A DNA stretch of 64,000 nt from NCBI GenBank assembly GCA_052325505.1, contig JBKQUS010000097.1, positions 14,066 to 78,065 of the forward strand, given 5' to 3'. The translations under genes were made by a program, and so were the position numbers. Below the pieces are notes generated by a model that was not told the origin of the DNA, did not search any database, and worked only from the letters and a program-made list of their open reading frames with translations. The stretch's first letter is position 1; each line of letters starts with the position of its first letter. This document shows, piece after piece, positions 27,376 to 36,763 of this stretch. Source of the stretch: Limisphaerales bacterium (GTDB lineage: Bacteria; Verrucomicrobiota; Verrucomicrobiia; Limisphaerales; Palsa-1400).

Positions 27376-28409
27376 GGTTTGATCGTCACAGGCTGCCCGT
27401 CCGTCAAAACCGACACGTCTTCGGTCACAACTTGTTCGCCGGAATTCAAACCGGAGACCAACTCGATTTCATCACCAATGCGACTTCCGGTTTTGACGAG
27501 GCGTAATTGCGCGTGGCCGTTGGCGACGACAAAAACCAATTCCATCTGGCCGCGCTGAATCACGGCGGAAGCTGGAACGCGAATCGCACTCACTTCACCG
27601 ACGGGCACGGCGACGCGCCCGAATTGTCCCGATCGCAACCCCGGTGCGTCCGGCAAATCCAGCTTCACCAAAAACGTGCGGCTGTTCGGATCGGCGACGG
27701 GTGACATTTCTGCGACGATGCCTTCAATGTCATTGGTGACGGGCGCAACCCGCACGGGGAGCCGGTCGCCGGGCTTGACGTTGGCATTGAGCGCTTCCGG
27801 CACGTCGGCTTGCATTTGGAGGGCGGATGGATCTTCGATGTCAACCAGCGGCTTGCCCGGCGCGGCGAGGTCGCCCACGTCGGCCCACTTCTTCGTGATG
27901 ATGCCGTCGAACGGAGCCGTGATCTCCACATAACTCATCATGGCGTTGGCTTCGGCCACCGCACTTTGGGCGATTTGCTGGCGGGCCTGTGCGGAATCGT
28001 ATTCGGCGCGCGTTGCGCTCTGCTGCGCAAACAAAGCGGAAGTGCGTTTCCAATCACGGTCGGCTTCCTCCAGCGAGGCTTTGGCTTGATCCAGCCGGGC
28101 CACGATTTCGCCCGCATCCAGCCGGGCGATCAACTGGCCTTTTTGAACTTTCTCACCAAGCGCCACCGGCATCTGATCAATATGACCGCTCAATCTGGCC
28201 TCCAGCGTGGCATGAAGTTTCGCCCGCACCGTGCCGAGCACTTCCTCAGTCATCGTGCGTGATTTATTTTCAACAGTCTGCACCCGGACTTCGGCCGGTG
28301 GCAGACTGGTTGAATTTTCATTTTCATGTTTCGCGCCGCAACCGGCGAGCGCGAACGCGAAGGTTGCGACCGGCAGAAAAAACAGGGTTCTGGGAATCAA
28401 TCGTTTCAT
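27372..28409 (-). CDS. RND efflux periplasmic adaptor (membrane fusion protein), lipoprotein
   Basis: The lipobox N-terminus is [24 protein letters not shown]. It has coiled-coil and barrel-sandwich hybrid segments. The ATG at 28409 is preferred over the track start at 28544. Confidence 0.85.
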   Translation of the reverse strand: MKRLIPRTLFFLPVATFAFALAGCGAKHENENSTSLPPAEVRVQTVENKSRTMTEEVLGTVRAKLHATLEARLSGHIDQMPVALGEKVQKGQLIARLDAGEIVARLDQAKASLEEADRDWKRTSALFAQQSATRAEYDSAQARQQIAQSAVAEANAMMSYVEITAPFDGIITKKWADVGDLAAPGKPLVDIEDPSALQMQADVPEALNANVKPGDRLPVRVAPVTNDIEGIVAEMSPVADPNSRTFLVKLDLPDAPGLRSGQFGRVAVPVGEVSAIRVPASAVIQRGQMELVFVVANGHAQLRLVKTGSRIGDEIELVSGLNSGEQVVTEDVSVLTDGQPVTIKP

Positions 28410-28410
28410 A

Positions 28411-29730
28411 TCATTTGGAAGTCGGCTGGGAAACCAGTTGGGGCAGTGCCAGCGCCTTGCGGAGCGCGGCAATGGCAATGTGCTCGTCAGCTTCAGCCTC
28501 GGCGCGACGGACGCGGGCCGCGACCAGCGCGGATTCGGAGTCAATCAACTGCATTGAGATGGCCAGCCCTTGCTCGAAGCGGTTGCGGGTCAGCATCGCG
28601 CTTTCTTCCGCCTGTTCCACGGCTTTGCTGCTCACCGCCAGACTCTCGTCGGCGGCGTTGAGATCAAGCCGGGCTTGTTCGACTTCCAGATCGAGTGCCA
28701 GCCGGACTTTGACCTGTTCTTCGCGGGCGGATTCCAAATTAGCCTCGGCTTCGCGCGTTTTGGCGCGGGTCGAAAAGCCGTCCCACAAATCCCACTGCAC
28801 CATCACGCCGGCGGTGTAGCTGTTGCCATCGCCGCCCGTCACCCAGCCGTAATCATGATCCAGACTGCCGAAGGCACTGACGCGCGGCTGATAGCCGCTC
28901 TTGCTTCCACGGACTTGCGCCTGCGCCGCACTCGCGCGTTCACGGGCGGCGGCGAGTTCCGGGCGTTGCGAGAAATCCCCCACATACGGCGCACTGACGG
29001 CGGGCGCGGTGTCGGCCACGGTGAATTCACCGTTCTCGATGCCCAGCAGACTACGGAGCGCGCGGATGGCCAGAAGGTTGGCATTGCGGGCGCGAACCAA
29101 ATCCTCGCGCGATTGCGCCAGACGCACTTCAATGTCCAGCACATCGGATTTTAACAGCGTGCCGCCATCCAGCCGTTTTTGGGCGACGACCAGATTGGTT
29201 TCAAATGAATTGACCGCAGCCTCGGCTGCTTGAATGAACTGCCGCGTCTTCAACACGGTGTAAAATGCGCGTGAAACTTCAAAGCCCAGCGCATTGCGGA
29301 TGGCGGCGCTGTCCAGCTTCGCCGCCTCGGTGTTTGCCTTCGCGGCCTGTCGGTTCGCGGCATTTTGCCCGCCGGCATAGAGCGGGAGGGTGACGATGCC
29401 ACGCGCATTGAGATCGTCCATGTCGGGCAAATTATTGAAATTCGGCGGCGAGTTGTAATTGTAAGCCCGCTGGTTGAGAATGTCGCCGAACACCATCATG
29501 GGATTGTCCGTGCGGGTGTAGCTGGACTGGACTTGCAGCTTCGGCCAGAAAGTCGAATTGGCCTGCTCCAACCCGGCCTGGGCGGCAGCGATGCGCTGCT
29601 GCGCGATGCGTGCGTCCGGATTGTGGGTCTGCGCATAATCCAGAGCACGTTCCAGCGTCCAAGGTTCGGTGGCACCGGCGGCCAACGAACACAGCAGCGA
29701 CAAAGCCAGAAATCCCGGTAGCCTTTTCAT
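28411..29730 (-). CDS. TolC-family outer membrane efflux protein
   Basis: It has a signal peptide (MKRLPGFLALSLLCSLAAGA) and two repeated OEP-type halves. It sits immediately upstream of the adaptor and RND genes. Confidence 0.85.
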   Translation of the reverse strand: MKRLPGFLALSLLCSLAAGATEPWTLERALDYAQTHNPDARIAQQRIAAAQAGLEQANSTFWPKLQVQSSYTRTDNPMMVFGDILNQRAYNYNSPPNFNNLPDMDDLNARGIVTLPLYAGGQNAANRQAAKANTEAAKLDSAAIRNALGFEVSRAFYTVLKTRQFIQAAEAAVNSFETNLVVAQKRLDGGTLLKSDVLDIEVRLAQSREDLVRARNANLLAIRALRSLLGIENGEFTVADTAPAVSAPYVGDFSQRPELAAARERASAAQAQVRGSKSGYQPRVSAFGSLDHDYGWVTGGDGNSYTAGVMVQWDLWDGFSTRAKTREAEANLESAREEQVKVRLALDLEVEQARLDLNAADESLAVSSKAVEQAEESAMLTRNRFEQGLAISMQLIDSESALVAARVRRAEAEADEHIAIAALRKALALPQLVSQPTSK

Positions 29731-29960
29731 TTGGAGCAGCAGGATTCTCCTGATTTTCCAGTTTCACAGCAAGACCCGCCGACGCCCATTTTCTTCAAGA
29801 TCATTTCCAGTGGACAGAAATTCGTGAACGACGATTGCAACAGGTTGAAGCCGACGAACGCAGTCAACCAGAGCCAGCTCGGGCTGTGGTAATGCGCGAG
29901 CAGCAGGCTGGCGAGAATAAACGTGCCGGCAAACCGGCGGATAAGCATGTGCATTTTCAT
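29727..29960 (-). CDS. DUF2892 (YgaP C-terminal-like) small membrane protein with Cys-rich tail
   Basis: The 77-aa product is R.FAGTFILASLLLAHYHSPSWLWLTAFVGFNLLQSSFTNFCPLEMILKK followed by GGSCCETGKSGESCCSK. It overlaps the OMP start by 4 nt. Confidence 0.6.
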   Translation of the reverse strand: MKMHMLIRRFAGTFILASLLLAHYHSPSWLWLTAFVGFNLLQSSFTNFCPLEMILKKMGVGGSCCETGKSGESCCSK

Positions 29961-29975
29961 ATAATTTTTGGATTG

Positions 29976-30143
29976 TTAATGGAGACTCGTTGCAACCAAC
30001 ACACCGACCACCGCGCCATAAACCATCGTGATGATGGGATGGCTGGTGAGCGGACAGGCACCGGTGGGACAACCCACGAGTTTATACCAACCGAGGCCGA
30101 AACCACCGCCAACAATGATGCCAATCACGATGCGGAAAATCAT
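29976..30143 (-). CDS. Small two-TM membrane protein with CPTGAC motif
   Basis: The product is MIFRIVIGIIVGGGFGLGWYKLVGCPTGACPLTSHPIITMVYGAVVGVLVATSLH. The internal ATG at 30143 is chosen because the track's N-terminal extension would overlap the trx gene. Confidence 0.45.
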   Translation of the reverse strand: MIFRIVIGIIVGGGFGLGWYKLVGCPTGACPLTSHPIITMVYGAVVGVLVATSLH

Positions 30144-30147
30144 AGGT

Positions 30148-30489
30148 TCAAGCGGTGACGTTTGAATTTGCCGCCTTCTCCAGCCAGGCTTTGAAAGGGC
30201 GCGGGCCGTAAAACCCTTCAACTTGATCCACTGGCTCCCCGCCGCGAAATACCATCAAGGTTGGCACGCTGCGGATTTCATATTCGCCCGCCAGCGTGGC
30301 GGCATCGTCTATGTTCACCTTGGCGAACTTCACCTTGCCGGCAAAGTCGGCGGCGAATTGTTCCAACAGAGGCGCGAGCATCCGGCACGGCCCGCACCAT
30401 GGCGCGTAAAAATCCACCAACACCGGGCCGGTGGCGCGCAGCACTTCGGCTTCAAAATTGGTTTCGGTCAGTTCGATGATGTTTTTCAT
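30148..30489 (-). CDS. trxA: Thioredoxin
   Basis: The 113-aa product is MKNIIELTETNFEAEVL...VDFYAPWCGPCRMLAP...VPTLMVFRGGEPV. The Arg-rich N-terminal extension of the track ORF (to 30693) is rejected. Confidence 0.9.
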   Translation of the reverse strand: MKNIIELTETNFEAEVLRATGPVLVDFYAPWCGPCRMLAPLLEQFAADFAGKVKFAKVNIDDAATLAGEYEIRSVPTLMVFRGGEPVDQVEGFYGPRPFKAWLEKAANSNVTA

Positions 30490-30689
30490 GGCAAAATACA
30501 TCGTTGCTACCATTACCGAACCACGAGCACCGGAAAAGTTACAAACAATCTGCCGCGCTTCCGTTTGAGAATCTTGAAGTCTGCTAAACGCGAGCCAGGC
30601 CACCTTTGAGCAGCCGGGTGGTTCAGCCTCCTCGCTTTTGCTCGAAATATGCCTTGAGCGGAGTGAATCGCGTCGCCGGCAAGGACGCT

Positions 30690-33044
30690 TCATCGCAACT
30701 TTAACCGGGCGAACAACAGAACTTTCACCCAGTCGAGGCAGAAAAAATACGCCGCGCCCACGCCCACAACGCCGAGCAGGATCGAAGGACTGATTGCCGG
30801 CATGAAAATGCCTTCCAGCGCGAGCAGCGCGGTGACGCCGAGGCCCACCGCCGAACTGCCCACGAGGTAACGCCCCGGCCGCGACTGCCAGAAATGCCCG
30901 CGCTCTCGTAACATATAGACTCCTGCCTGCGAACTGAAAATCAGCGTGGCAAAGGTCAGCGTCTGCAATGTTCGCGGATTCAGCCGGAGGGCATAATGGC
31001 CATAGAGGAAGACACCGAGCGAGAAGACCAGTTTGAACGTGGCGAGCACCGTGGCGGCCAGCAAAATGCCGCGCGTATTCCAGCGGTTCGGCTGACGCGA
31101 GAATTCCATCCGGTCGGTCGAAATGGACATGGTGAGGAAATCATTGAGAAACAGAATGAGCACCATCAGCAGCGGCGTGAGCGGCCGGTGCTGCGTCACG
31201 AGAAAGCCAATGACCAGCAGCGCCATCATCTCGATTTTCTTCACCAGCATGGCGAGCGTGTAGGTGATGATGCGCTGGAAAACGCGCCGGCTGGTTTCGA
31301 TTGCTGGCATCACGCCGCCCAGACCCGGCGAGGTCAGCACCATCGCCGCAGCCGCTTTCGCCACATCCGTCGCGTTGGCGACAGCCACGCCCGCTTCGGC
31401 CTGACGCAACGCCGGGGCGTCGTTGACGCCGTCGCCGCTCATGCCGACCACCGCGCCGCGCTTCTGGAAGGCGCGCACCAGCCTGATTTTGTCTTCCGGG
31501 AACACCCCGGCAAACACGCCGCACTCGAGCGCGTCACCGCCGAGGTCTCCGTGCAGTTTTTCGGACGAACACACGCTCCCTGGAATGCCCACCTGTTCGG
31601 CCACGGCGCGCGCCGTGATCGCGTTGTCGCCCGTCACCATCACCGTGCGCACACCGGCGTCGCGGATGGCGCCCACGACGGCCTTTGAATTGTCCCGCAC
31701 GGCGTCGGCGAGGCCGAGCAGACCTGCGAGCTGCAACACTTTTTCATCGCCGACCGCCACCGCCAGCACCCGCTGCCCGTGCGCGGCCATGCCTTCGGCC
31801 TGCGATTGCCAGACGGATTCCGCCGCGCCAGTGAGTTTCGCGACGACAGCGGGCGCGCCCTTCACATAATGCCGTGAGCCGTGTTCCTCGCGATACACCG
31901 CCTCGGCGCGCTTGGTGACCGGATCGAAAGGCTTGAAGTCCATCCGCTCGTTTTCGCCATCGTGCCAGCCACGGTCGGAAGCGGCCTTGATGATCGCACC
32001 GTCCACCGGGTCTTGTCCGGCTGGATCGCTGGCCAGTGCGGCGGCACGCACCAGATCGGTTTCGGAAAAGCCTGGGGTTGTCCAAAGCGCCGTCACCGTG
32101 GCCTCGTTGCGCGTCAGGGTTCCGGTTTTGTCGCTGCACAACACGGTCATCGAGGCGATGTCATGCAAGGCGCTGAGGCGCGTGATCAACACCCCATGCT
32201 TGGACAGCTCCAGCGATCCCAGCGCGGCCGCGAGCGTGAATGTGGCGGGCAAAGCCACGGGAATGGAGGCGAGGAGAATGGTGAGCAGCAAAGGCAGAAC
32301 ATATCCGAGGGACATGCCTTGCACATGCGCGTAGCCCGTGACGATCACCACCATCGCCGCATTGACCACAAACAGATTCTTCACCACGCCCACAATCTCT
32401 TGTTCCTGCCGGTTGGCCGATCCCGCCGTGCGGACGAGTTCGGCGGTCTTGCCGAAGAAGGTATGCGCGCCGGTGGCGGTGATTTCACCGGTGGCTTCAC
32501 CGCCGCGCACCATTGAGCCGGCATAAGCGGTTTTGCCCGCCTCGACCGACACGGCGGCCGATTCGCCGGTGAGCGCCGACTGGTCCACCAGCAGCGCCCC
32601 TTCGTCCATGCGCACATCCGCCGGCACGATGGTGCCTTGGCGCAAATGGATGACATCGCCGGGCACGAGTTCCTCAGCCCGCAGCGTCGTCCAGTCACCG
32701 TCGCGGCGCACCCGCGCCTGCACATGAAGTTGCTGGCGCAGGAGCGCCAGCGCCTTCTGCGCGCGGCCTTCCTGCAACAGGCTTATTACCGCATTCAACA
32801 CGAGCAATCCTCCGATTACCACCGCTTCCACGTTCTCGCCGAGGAAGAACTGGATGATAATCGTCGCTTCAAGAAGCCAGGGGATGGGTGCCCAAAATCG
32901 TTTAAGAAACGTCTTCAACGGGTGGGCCTTTTCCTCAACCACCGCATTGGGGCCAAACTGCTTCAGCCGCGCCTGGGCCTCGGCAGTGGTCAGGCCACGG
33001 CGGTTGTTGCTCGCATTGGTTGCAGTCAAATTTTGAGCGGGCAT
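30690..33044 (-). CDS. P-type ATPase, type IIIA (plasma-membrane H+-ATPase-like), not a CPx heavy-metal pump
   Basis: Motifs found are TGES (ALTGESAAV), DKTGTLT, MVTGDNAITA and GDGVNDAPAL. TM4 reads SIPVALPATFT, with no CPC/CPH. No N-terminal HMA domain is present. The N-terminus is GLTTAEAQARLKQFGPN. Confidence 0.8.
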   Translation of the reverse strand: MPAQNLTATNASNNRRGLTTAEAQARLKQFGPNAVVEEKAHPLKTFLKRFWAPIPWLLEATIIIQFFLGENVEAVVIGGLLVLNAVISLLQEGRAQKALALLRQQLHVQARVRRDGDWTTLRAEELVPGDVIHLRQGTIVPADVRMDEGALLVDQSALTGESAAVSVEAGKTAYAGSMVRGGEATGEITATGAHTFFGKTAELVRTAGSANRQEQEIVGVVKNLFVVNAAMVVIVTGYAHVQGMSLGYVLPLLLTILLASIPVALPATFTLAAALGSLELSKHGVLITRLSALHDIASMTVLCSDKTGTLTRNEATVTALWTTPGFSETDLVRAAALASDPAGQDPVDGAIIKAASDRGWHDGENERMDFKPFDPVTKRAEAVYREEHGSRHYVKGAPAVVAKLTGAAESVWQSQAEGMAAHGQRVLAVAVGDEKVLQLAGLLGLADAVRDNSKAVVGAIRDAGVRTVMVTGDNAITARAVAEQVGIPGSVCSSEKLHGDLGGDALECGVFAGVFPEDKIRLVRAFQKRGAVVGMSGDGVNDAPALRQAEAGVAVANATDVAKAAAAMVLTSPGLGGVMPAIETSRRVFQRIITYTLAMLVKKIEMMALLVIGFLVTQHRPLTPLLMVLILFLNDFLTMSISTDRMEFSRQPNRWNTRGILLAATVLATFKLVFSLGVFLYGHYALRLNPRTLQTLTFATLIFSSQAGVYMLRERGHFWQSRPGRYLVGSSAVGLGVTALLALEGIFMPAISPSILLGVVGVGAAYFFCLDWVKVLLFARLKLR

Positions 33045-33254
33045 ATAGATCGTTCCTAAATTGATACCAAGGTTTTGTCAACTGGCCGCGCTGGCGTTTC
33101 AAAGACTGGCGCTGGCTGAATTCGTTTTCGTCAGTTCGACGATAATGTTTTTATCCGACTCCAGCGATTATCTTTGTGACCGAGCCGGGAGAACGAGAAA
33201 AGTTAAAAACTAATTGCAGACATCGTCCAGGGCTTCGATCCTAAAAAAATGCAG

Positions 33255-33284
33255 TTGACAGTATTTAGCAAATATGCTAAATAC
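33255..33284. promoter_or_regulatory. Divergent promoter region with ArsR/SmtB-type operator (10-4-10 perfect inverted repeat)
   Basis: The -35 TTGACA (33255-60) is separated by 17 nt from TAAATA (33278-83). The inverted repeat GTATTTAGCA-AATA-TGCTAAATAC spans 33261-33284. The ATG at 33290 is only 6 nt past the -10, so the transcript may be leaderless. Confidence 0.6.
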
Positions 33285-33289
33285 TAAAC

Positions 33290-33592
33290 ATGATGACCGC
33301 TGCAAAAGCTGAATACACCGCCAAGGCCCGCATCATCAAGGCGCTCGCCCATCCGACGCGCCTGTTCATCGTGGATGAGCTGTCGCGCGGCGAACGCTGC
33401 GTGTGCCAACTCAAGGACATGATCGGCGTGGAAATGCCCACGGTGTCGCGGCATCTTGGGGTGCTCAAAAGCGCGGGAATTCTGGAGGACGAAAAGCGCG
33501 GCTTGCAGGTTTTTTACCGGCTGCGGGTGCCGTGCGTTTTGAACTTTTTCAAATGTGTCGAGGCGGTTCAGCGTAATGGAAAGTGCCCATAG
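33290..33592 (+). CDS. arsR: ArsR/SmtB family metal(loid)-responsive repressor
   Basis: It has the wHTH segments ALAHPTRLFIVDEL and VSRHLGVLKSAGIL, plus an alpha-3 CVC site (ERCVCQL). Confidence 0.9.
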   Translation: MMTAAKAEYTAKARIIKALAHPTRLFIVDELSRGERCVCQLKDMIGVEMPTVSRHLGVLKSAGILEDEKRGLQVFYRLRVPCVLNFFKCVEAVQRNGKCP

Positions 33593-33610
33593 AGTTTTTT
33601 TTGCCAGCAT

Positions 33611-33630
33611 ATTTAGCGGATTAGCTAAAT
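33611..33630. promoter_or_regulatory. Second operator-like inverted repeat sharing the ATTTAGC half-site
   Basis: ATTTAGC-GGATTA-GCTAAAT overlaps the ATG (33629) of the FmdE-like gene. Confidence 0.45.
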
Positions 33631-34381
33631 GAAAACGAATTGGAATATGAAAGGCAAAGTGTTGGTCGTGCTGATTGGCACGGCGATGCTCTTGGACGGC
33701 TGCGTTACCGCGCCGCCCGCCGCCCATGAAACCGCCGACTGGTATTATCCGGGCTGGATGGCTCACGCGCCTTATGCGCCGGTGTTTGAAGTGCGCGACA
33801 CCGAAAGCAGTCTCGGCCCTTATGCGAGCCAGACCAAGACCATCACGCTCAAAGACCTCGTCAAGATGCACGGCCACCCGTGCGACGGGCTTGTCACCGC
33901 CGCGTGTGCGTTGAGCGTCGGACTCCGCGAACTGTATCCCGACGGTGTGATTGACCGCACGGACACCGGCGGCATCTGCAACAACTCGCCTTGCTACGGC
34001 GACGTGGTGGAATATCTGACCGGCGGACGCATCCGCTTTGGCACGCAGAAAATTGATCCCAGCCTGGGCAACGAATTTATCCTGTATCGCTTCTCCACGC
34101 ATCAGGCGGTCAAGGTGGCGTTGAAACCGGGTGTGTTTCCCACCGAAGTCACCCGGCTGGAAACGCAGATTCGGCGCGGCGATTTCTCCGTGGCCGATAT
34201 GCGGCGCTGTCAACAATTGGAATGGGATTACGCCCGCAATCTGCTGCAACATCCGTTGGCCGAATCTTTCACGGTTACGCCGCTGGCCAATTTCACCTGG
34301 CAGCCCGATGCCTACGAACATCTCGGCAAGCGCGGCGACATCATCAACAAGAACGTGTTGGGACATCCTCCGGCGCAATGA
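33629..34381 (+). CDS. FmdE-like domain protein, exported/lipoprotein-like (putative metal-binding)
   Basis: The N-terminal hydrophobic segment ends in DGC (VLVVLIGTAMLLDGC). The HGHPCDGLVTAACAL motif is reminiscent of FmdE-family HGH.C.G. This is a motif-level call only. Confidence 0.5.
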   Translation: MKTNWNMKGKVLVVLIGTAMLLDGCVTAPPAAHETADWYYPGWMAHAPYAPVFEVRDTESSLGPYASQTKTITLKDLVKMHGHPCDGLVTAACALSVGLRELYPDGVIDRTDTGGICNNSPCYGDVVEYLTGGRIRFGTQKIDPSLGNEFILYRFSTHQAVKVALKPGVFPTEVTRLETQIRRGDFSVADMRRCQQLEWDYARNLLQHPLAESFTVTPLANFTWQPDAYEHLGKRGDIINKNVLGHPPAQ

Positions 34382-34391
34382 AGCGATTTCC

Positions 34392-35528
34392 ATGAATTCC
34401 CAACTTGAAACCAAAATTGAGTCCAGTGACCGGTCAAATAAAACGACCGCCTGCGGCTGCGCCGTCCCGTCGAAATCGCCCACCACTGCGATCTCCACCG
34501 TTACCAGCAAACCTGGCTGGCGCAAATATCTGCCGTGGGGTGTTGCGGGATTGGTGATGTGGTGGCTGGTGTATCGTAGTCTAGCGCCGGCGAGCCACTG
34601 GATCACTTACGAACTGCTGGGGCTGGAACCCGGTCGCCGCTTCAGCCTGGCGGTGGAGTTCTTCGTGTTTGAAATTCCCAAGGTGCTGCTGCTGCTGACG
34701 CTGGTTGTATTCGTCATCGGGATCATCCGTTCGTTTTTCACGCCGGAGCGGACGCGGCGGATTCTTTCGGGCAAAAGGGAATTTGTGGGGAGCATTCTGG
34801 CGGCCTTGCTGGGCGTGGTCACACCGTTCTGCTCCTGCTCGGCTTGCCCGCTGTTCATCGGGTTCGTGACGGCGGGCGTGCCGCTGGGCGTCACCTTTGC
34901 GTTTCTGGTTTCCGCGCCGATGGTGAACGAAGTGGCGCTGGTGCTGTTGTTCGGCTTGTTCGGCTGGAAAATCGCGGCCATTTATTTGAGCACCGGCTTC
35001 ATCATCGCCTTGGTCGCCGGCTGGGTGATTGGCCGGTTGCACATGGAAAAATACATCGAGCCGTGGGCGCTTCAGGCGTCGGTGGGCATAACCGCCGAGG
35101 AGCCGTCGCTGACCTGGCCGGAGCGCATCCGTTTCGGACGCGACGCCGTGCGCGACATCGTGGGGCGGGTCTGGGTGTATGTGACGCTGGGCATCGGCGT
35201 GGGCGCGGGCATCCACGGCTATGTGCCGGACGGTTTGCTGGCGTCGTTCATGGGCAAGGGCGTGTGGTGGTCCGTGCCGGTGGCCGTGCTCATTGGCGCG
35301 CCGCTGTATTCCAACGCAGCGGGCATCATTCCCATCGTGCAGGCGCTGCTAGGCAAAGGCGCGGCGCTGGGCACGGTGCTGGCATTCATGATGTCGGTCA
35401 TCGGCATTTCGACGCCGGAAGCGGTCATTCTGCGCAAGGTGATCCAATGGCCGCTCATCCTGACCTTTTTCGGCATCGTGGCGGTGGGGATCGTCATCGT
35501 CGGGTATCTTTTTAATTTTATCATGTGA
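34392..35528 (+). CDS. UPF0718/ArsP-like permease
   Basis: It is a multi-TM protein with the TPFCSCSACPLFIGF motif. From memory, the ArsP family has TPFCSC. The ATG at 34392 (MNSQLETK) is preferred over the track start at 34131. Confidence 0.7.
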   Translation: MNSQLETKIESSDRSNKTTACGCAVPSKSPTTAISTVTSKPGWRKYLPWGVAGLVMWWLVYRSLAPASHWITYELLGLEPGRRFSLAVEFFVFEIPKVLLLLTLVVFVIGIIRSFFTPERTRRILSGKREFVGSILAALLGVVTPFCSCSACPLFIGFVTAGVPLGVTFAFLVSAPMVNEVALVLLFGLFGWKIAAIYLSTGFIIALVAGWVIGRLHMEKYIEPWALQASVGITAEEPSLTWPERIRFGRDAVRDIVGRVWVYVTLGIGVGAGIHGYVPDGLLASFMGKGVWWSVPVAVLIGAPLYSNAAGIIPIVQALLGKGAALGTVLAFMMSVIGISTPEAVILRKVIQWPLILTFFGIVAVGIVIVGYLFNFIM

Positions 35529-36763
35529 AAAGCCAGTCATTCTTCCACTTGAAAACGATTATGAAATTAGACGCAACGCAAATCGGCCAGTTCACCCGCC
35601 GTTACGCAAAATGGCTTGTGGTGATCCTGCTCGCGGGCATTGTGATTTATCGGGTGAGATTTGCGCCAATTCCCGTGATTGCGCAAAAGGTCACCAATGG
35701 TTCCATCGTCGCCGAAGTCATGGGCACCGGCACGCTCAACACGCATTTCAAGGCGGCAGCCAGTCCGAAAGCCTTTCAAGGCCGGCTGGTTCAGGTGTTG
35801 GCGGACCAAAATGACTTTGTGACCAACGGCCAGTTGCTCGCGGTGCTGGATGACAGCGAGCAACGCCGCCAGGTGGAAGTCGCGCAGGCCACGCTGAACG
35901 CCGCGCAAGCCACCGACCGCCAGGTGCGGGATGATGAGGCGCGGGCGCAGGCGGTCTTGAAACTGGCGCAGATTGTGTTCAACCGGGACGCCGCCCTGTT
36001 CACCAACAAAATCATTTCCGCTTCCGACTACGACACCGACGTGGAGCAAATGCGCGTGGCGGAATCGGGACTGGCCGTGGCACAATCGGCCATCGTCGCC
36101 GCCGACCGCCAGCAAGTCGTTGCCGACAAGCAACTCGCCTATCAGCGGGAACTGCTGGCTGACACGCTCATCCCCGCGCCGTTCAACGGCCTGGTGATCA
36201 AACGCAATCTCGACTCCGGCGACGTGGTGACGCCCGGTGCGTCCATCCTTGATCTCGTGGACACGAACGAGATTTGGGTTTCGGCCTGGGTGGACGAAAC
36301 GGCGATGTCGCCGCTGGCGACAAATCAACCGGCCCGCGTGGTATTCCGTTCCGAGCCGGACAAATCGTATCCGGGCCGCGTGGCGCGGCTCGGTCGCGAA
36401 ACCGATCCGGAGACCCGCGAGTTTGTGGTGGATGTGTTGGTGCGCGAGTTGCCCGCCAACTGGACCATCGGCCAGCGCGCTGAAGTCTATATCGAGACGG
36501 GCCGGGCCGCGAACGCGCTGGTGTTGCCCGCAAAATTCCAGTTGTGGCGCGAGGGCCGGCCCGGCGTGCTGGTGAACGAGCGCGGCACAGCGCGCTGGCG
36601 CGACGTAAAGCTTGGCCTGCGCGGACGCGAAACGGTTGAAGTTGTTGCCGGGCTCACGGCGGGCGAGCAGGTCGTGACACTGGCAGCGGGTGAAAACGCG
36701 CTCACACTGGAAGGGCGGCGCGTGCGGGCCACTGTGCCGCCAAACAAAGTTGGATCGCCATGA
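35525..36763 (+). CDS. HlyD/MacA-type periplasmic adaptor
   Basis: It has an N-terminal TM (WLVVILLAGIVIY), a coiled-coil region and a beta-barrel C-terminus. The GTG at 35525 overlaps the upstream stop; ATG 35561 is the alternative start. Confidence 0.8.
   Translation: MKSQSFFHLKTIMKLDATQIGQFTRRYAKWLVVILLAGIVIYRVRFAPIPVIAQKVTNGSIVAEVMGTGTLNTHFKAAASPKAFQGRLVQVLADQNDFVTNGQLLAVLDDSEQRRQVEVAQATLNAAQATDRQVRDDEARAQAVLKLAQIVFNRDAALFTNKIISASDYDTDVEQMRVAESGLAVAQSAIVAADRQQVVADKQLAYQRELLADTLIPAPFNGLVIKRNLDSGDVVTPGASILDLVDTNEIWVSAWVDETAMSPLATNQPARVVFRSEPDKSYPGRVARLGRETDPETREFVVDVLVRELPANWTIGQRAEVYIETGRAANALVLPAKFQLWREGRPGVLVNERGTARWRDVKLGLRGRETVEVVAGLTAGEQVVTLAAGENALTLEGRRVRATVPPNKVGSP

Noticed and set aside
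24094-29730. CzcCBA-type heavy-metal RND system
   Set aside because: The context suggested Czc, but the permease TM4 motif is [13 protein letters not shown] (AcrB/HAE-like), not the HME DFG..VDGA.V type. I therefore call it a generic RND tripartite pump with unknown substrate.
30490-30693. 181-aa version of the thioredoxin ORF starting at 30693
   Set aside because: The extra 68 residues are Arg/Ser-rich and non-thioredoxin-like. A canonical 113-aa Trx starts at ATG 30489. The 200-nt stretch is better treated as intergenic, possibly holding an internal promoter.
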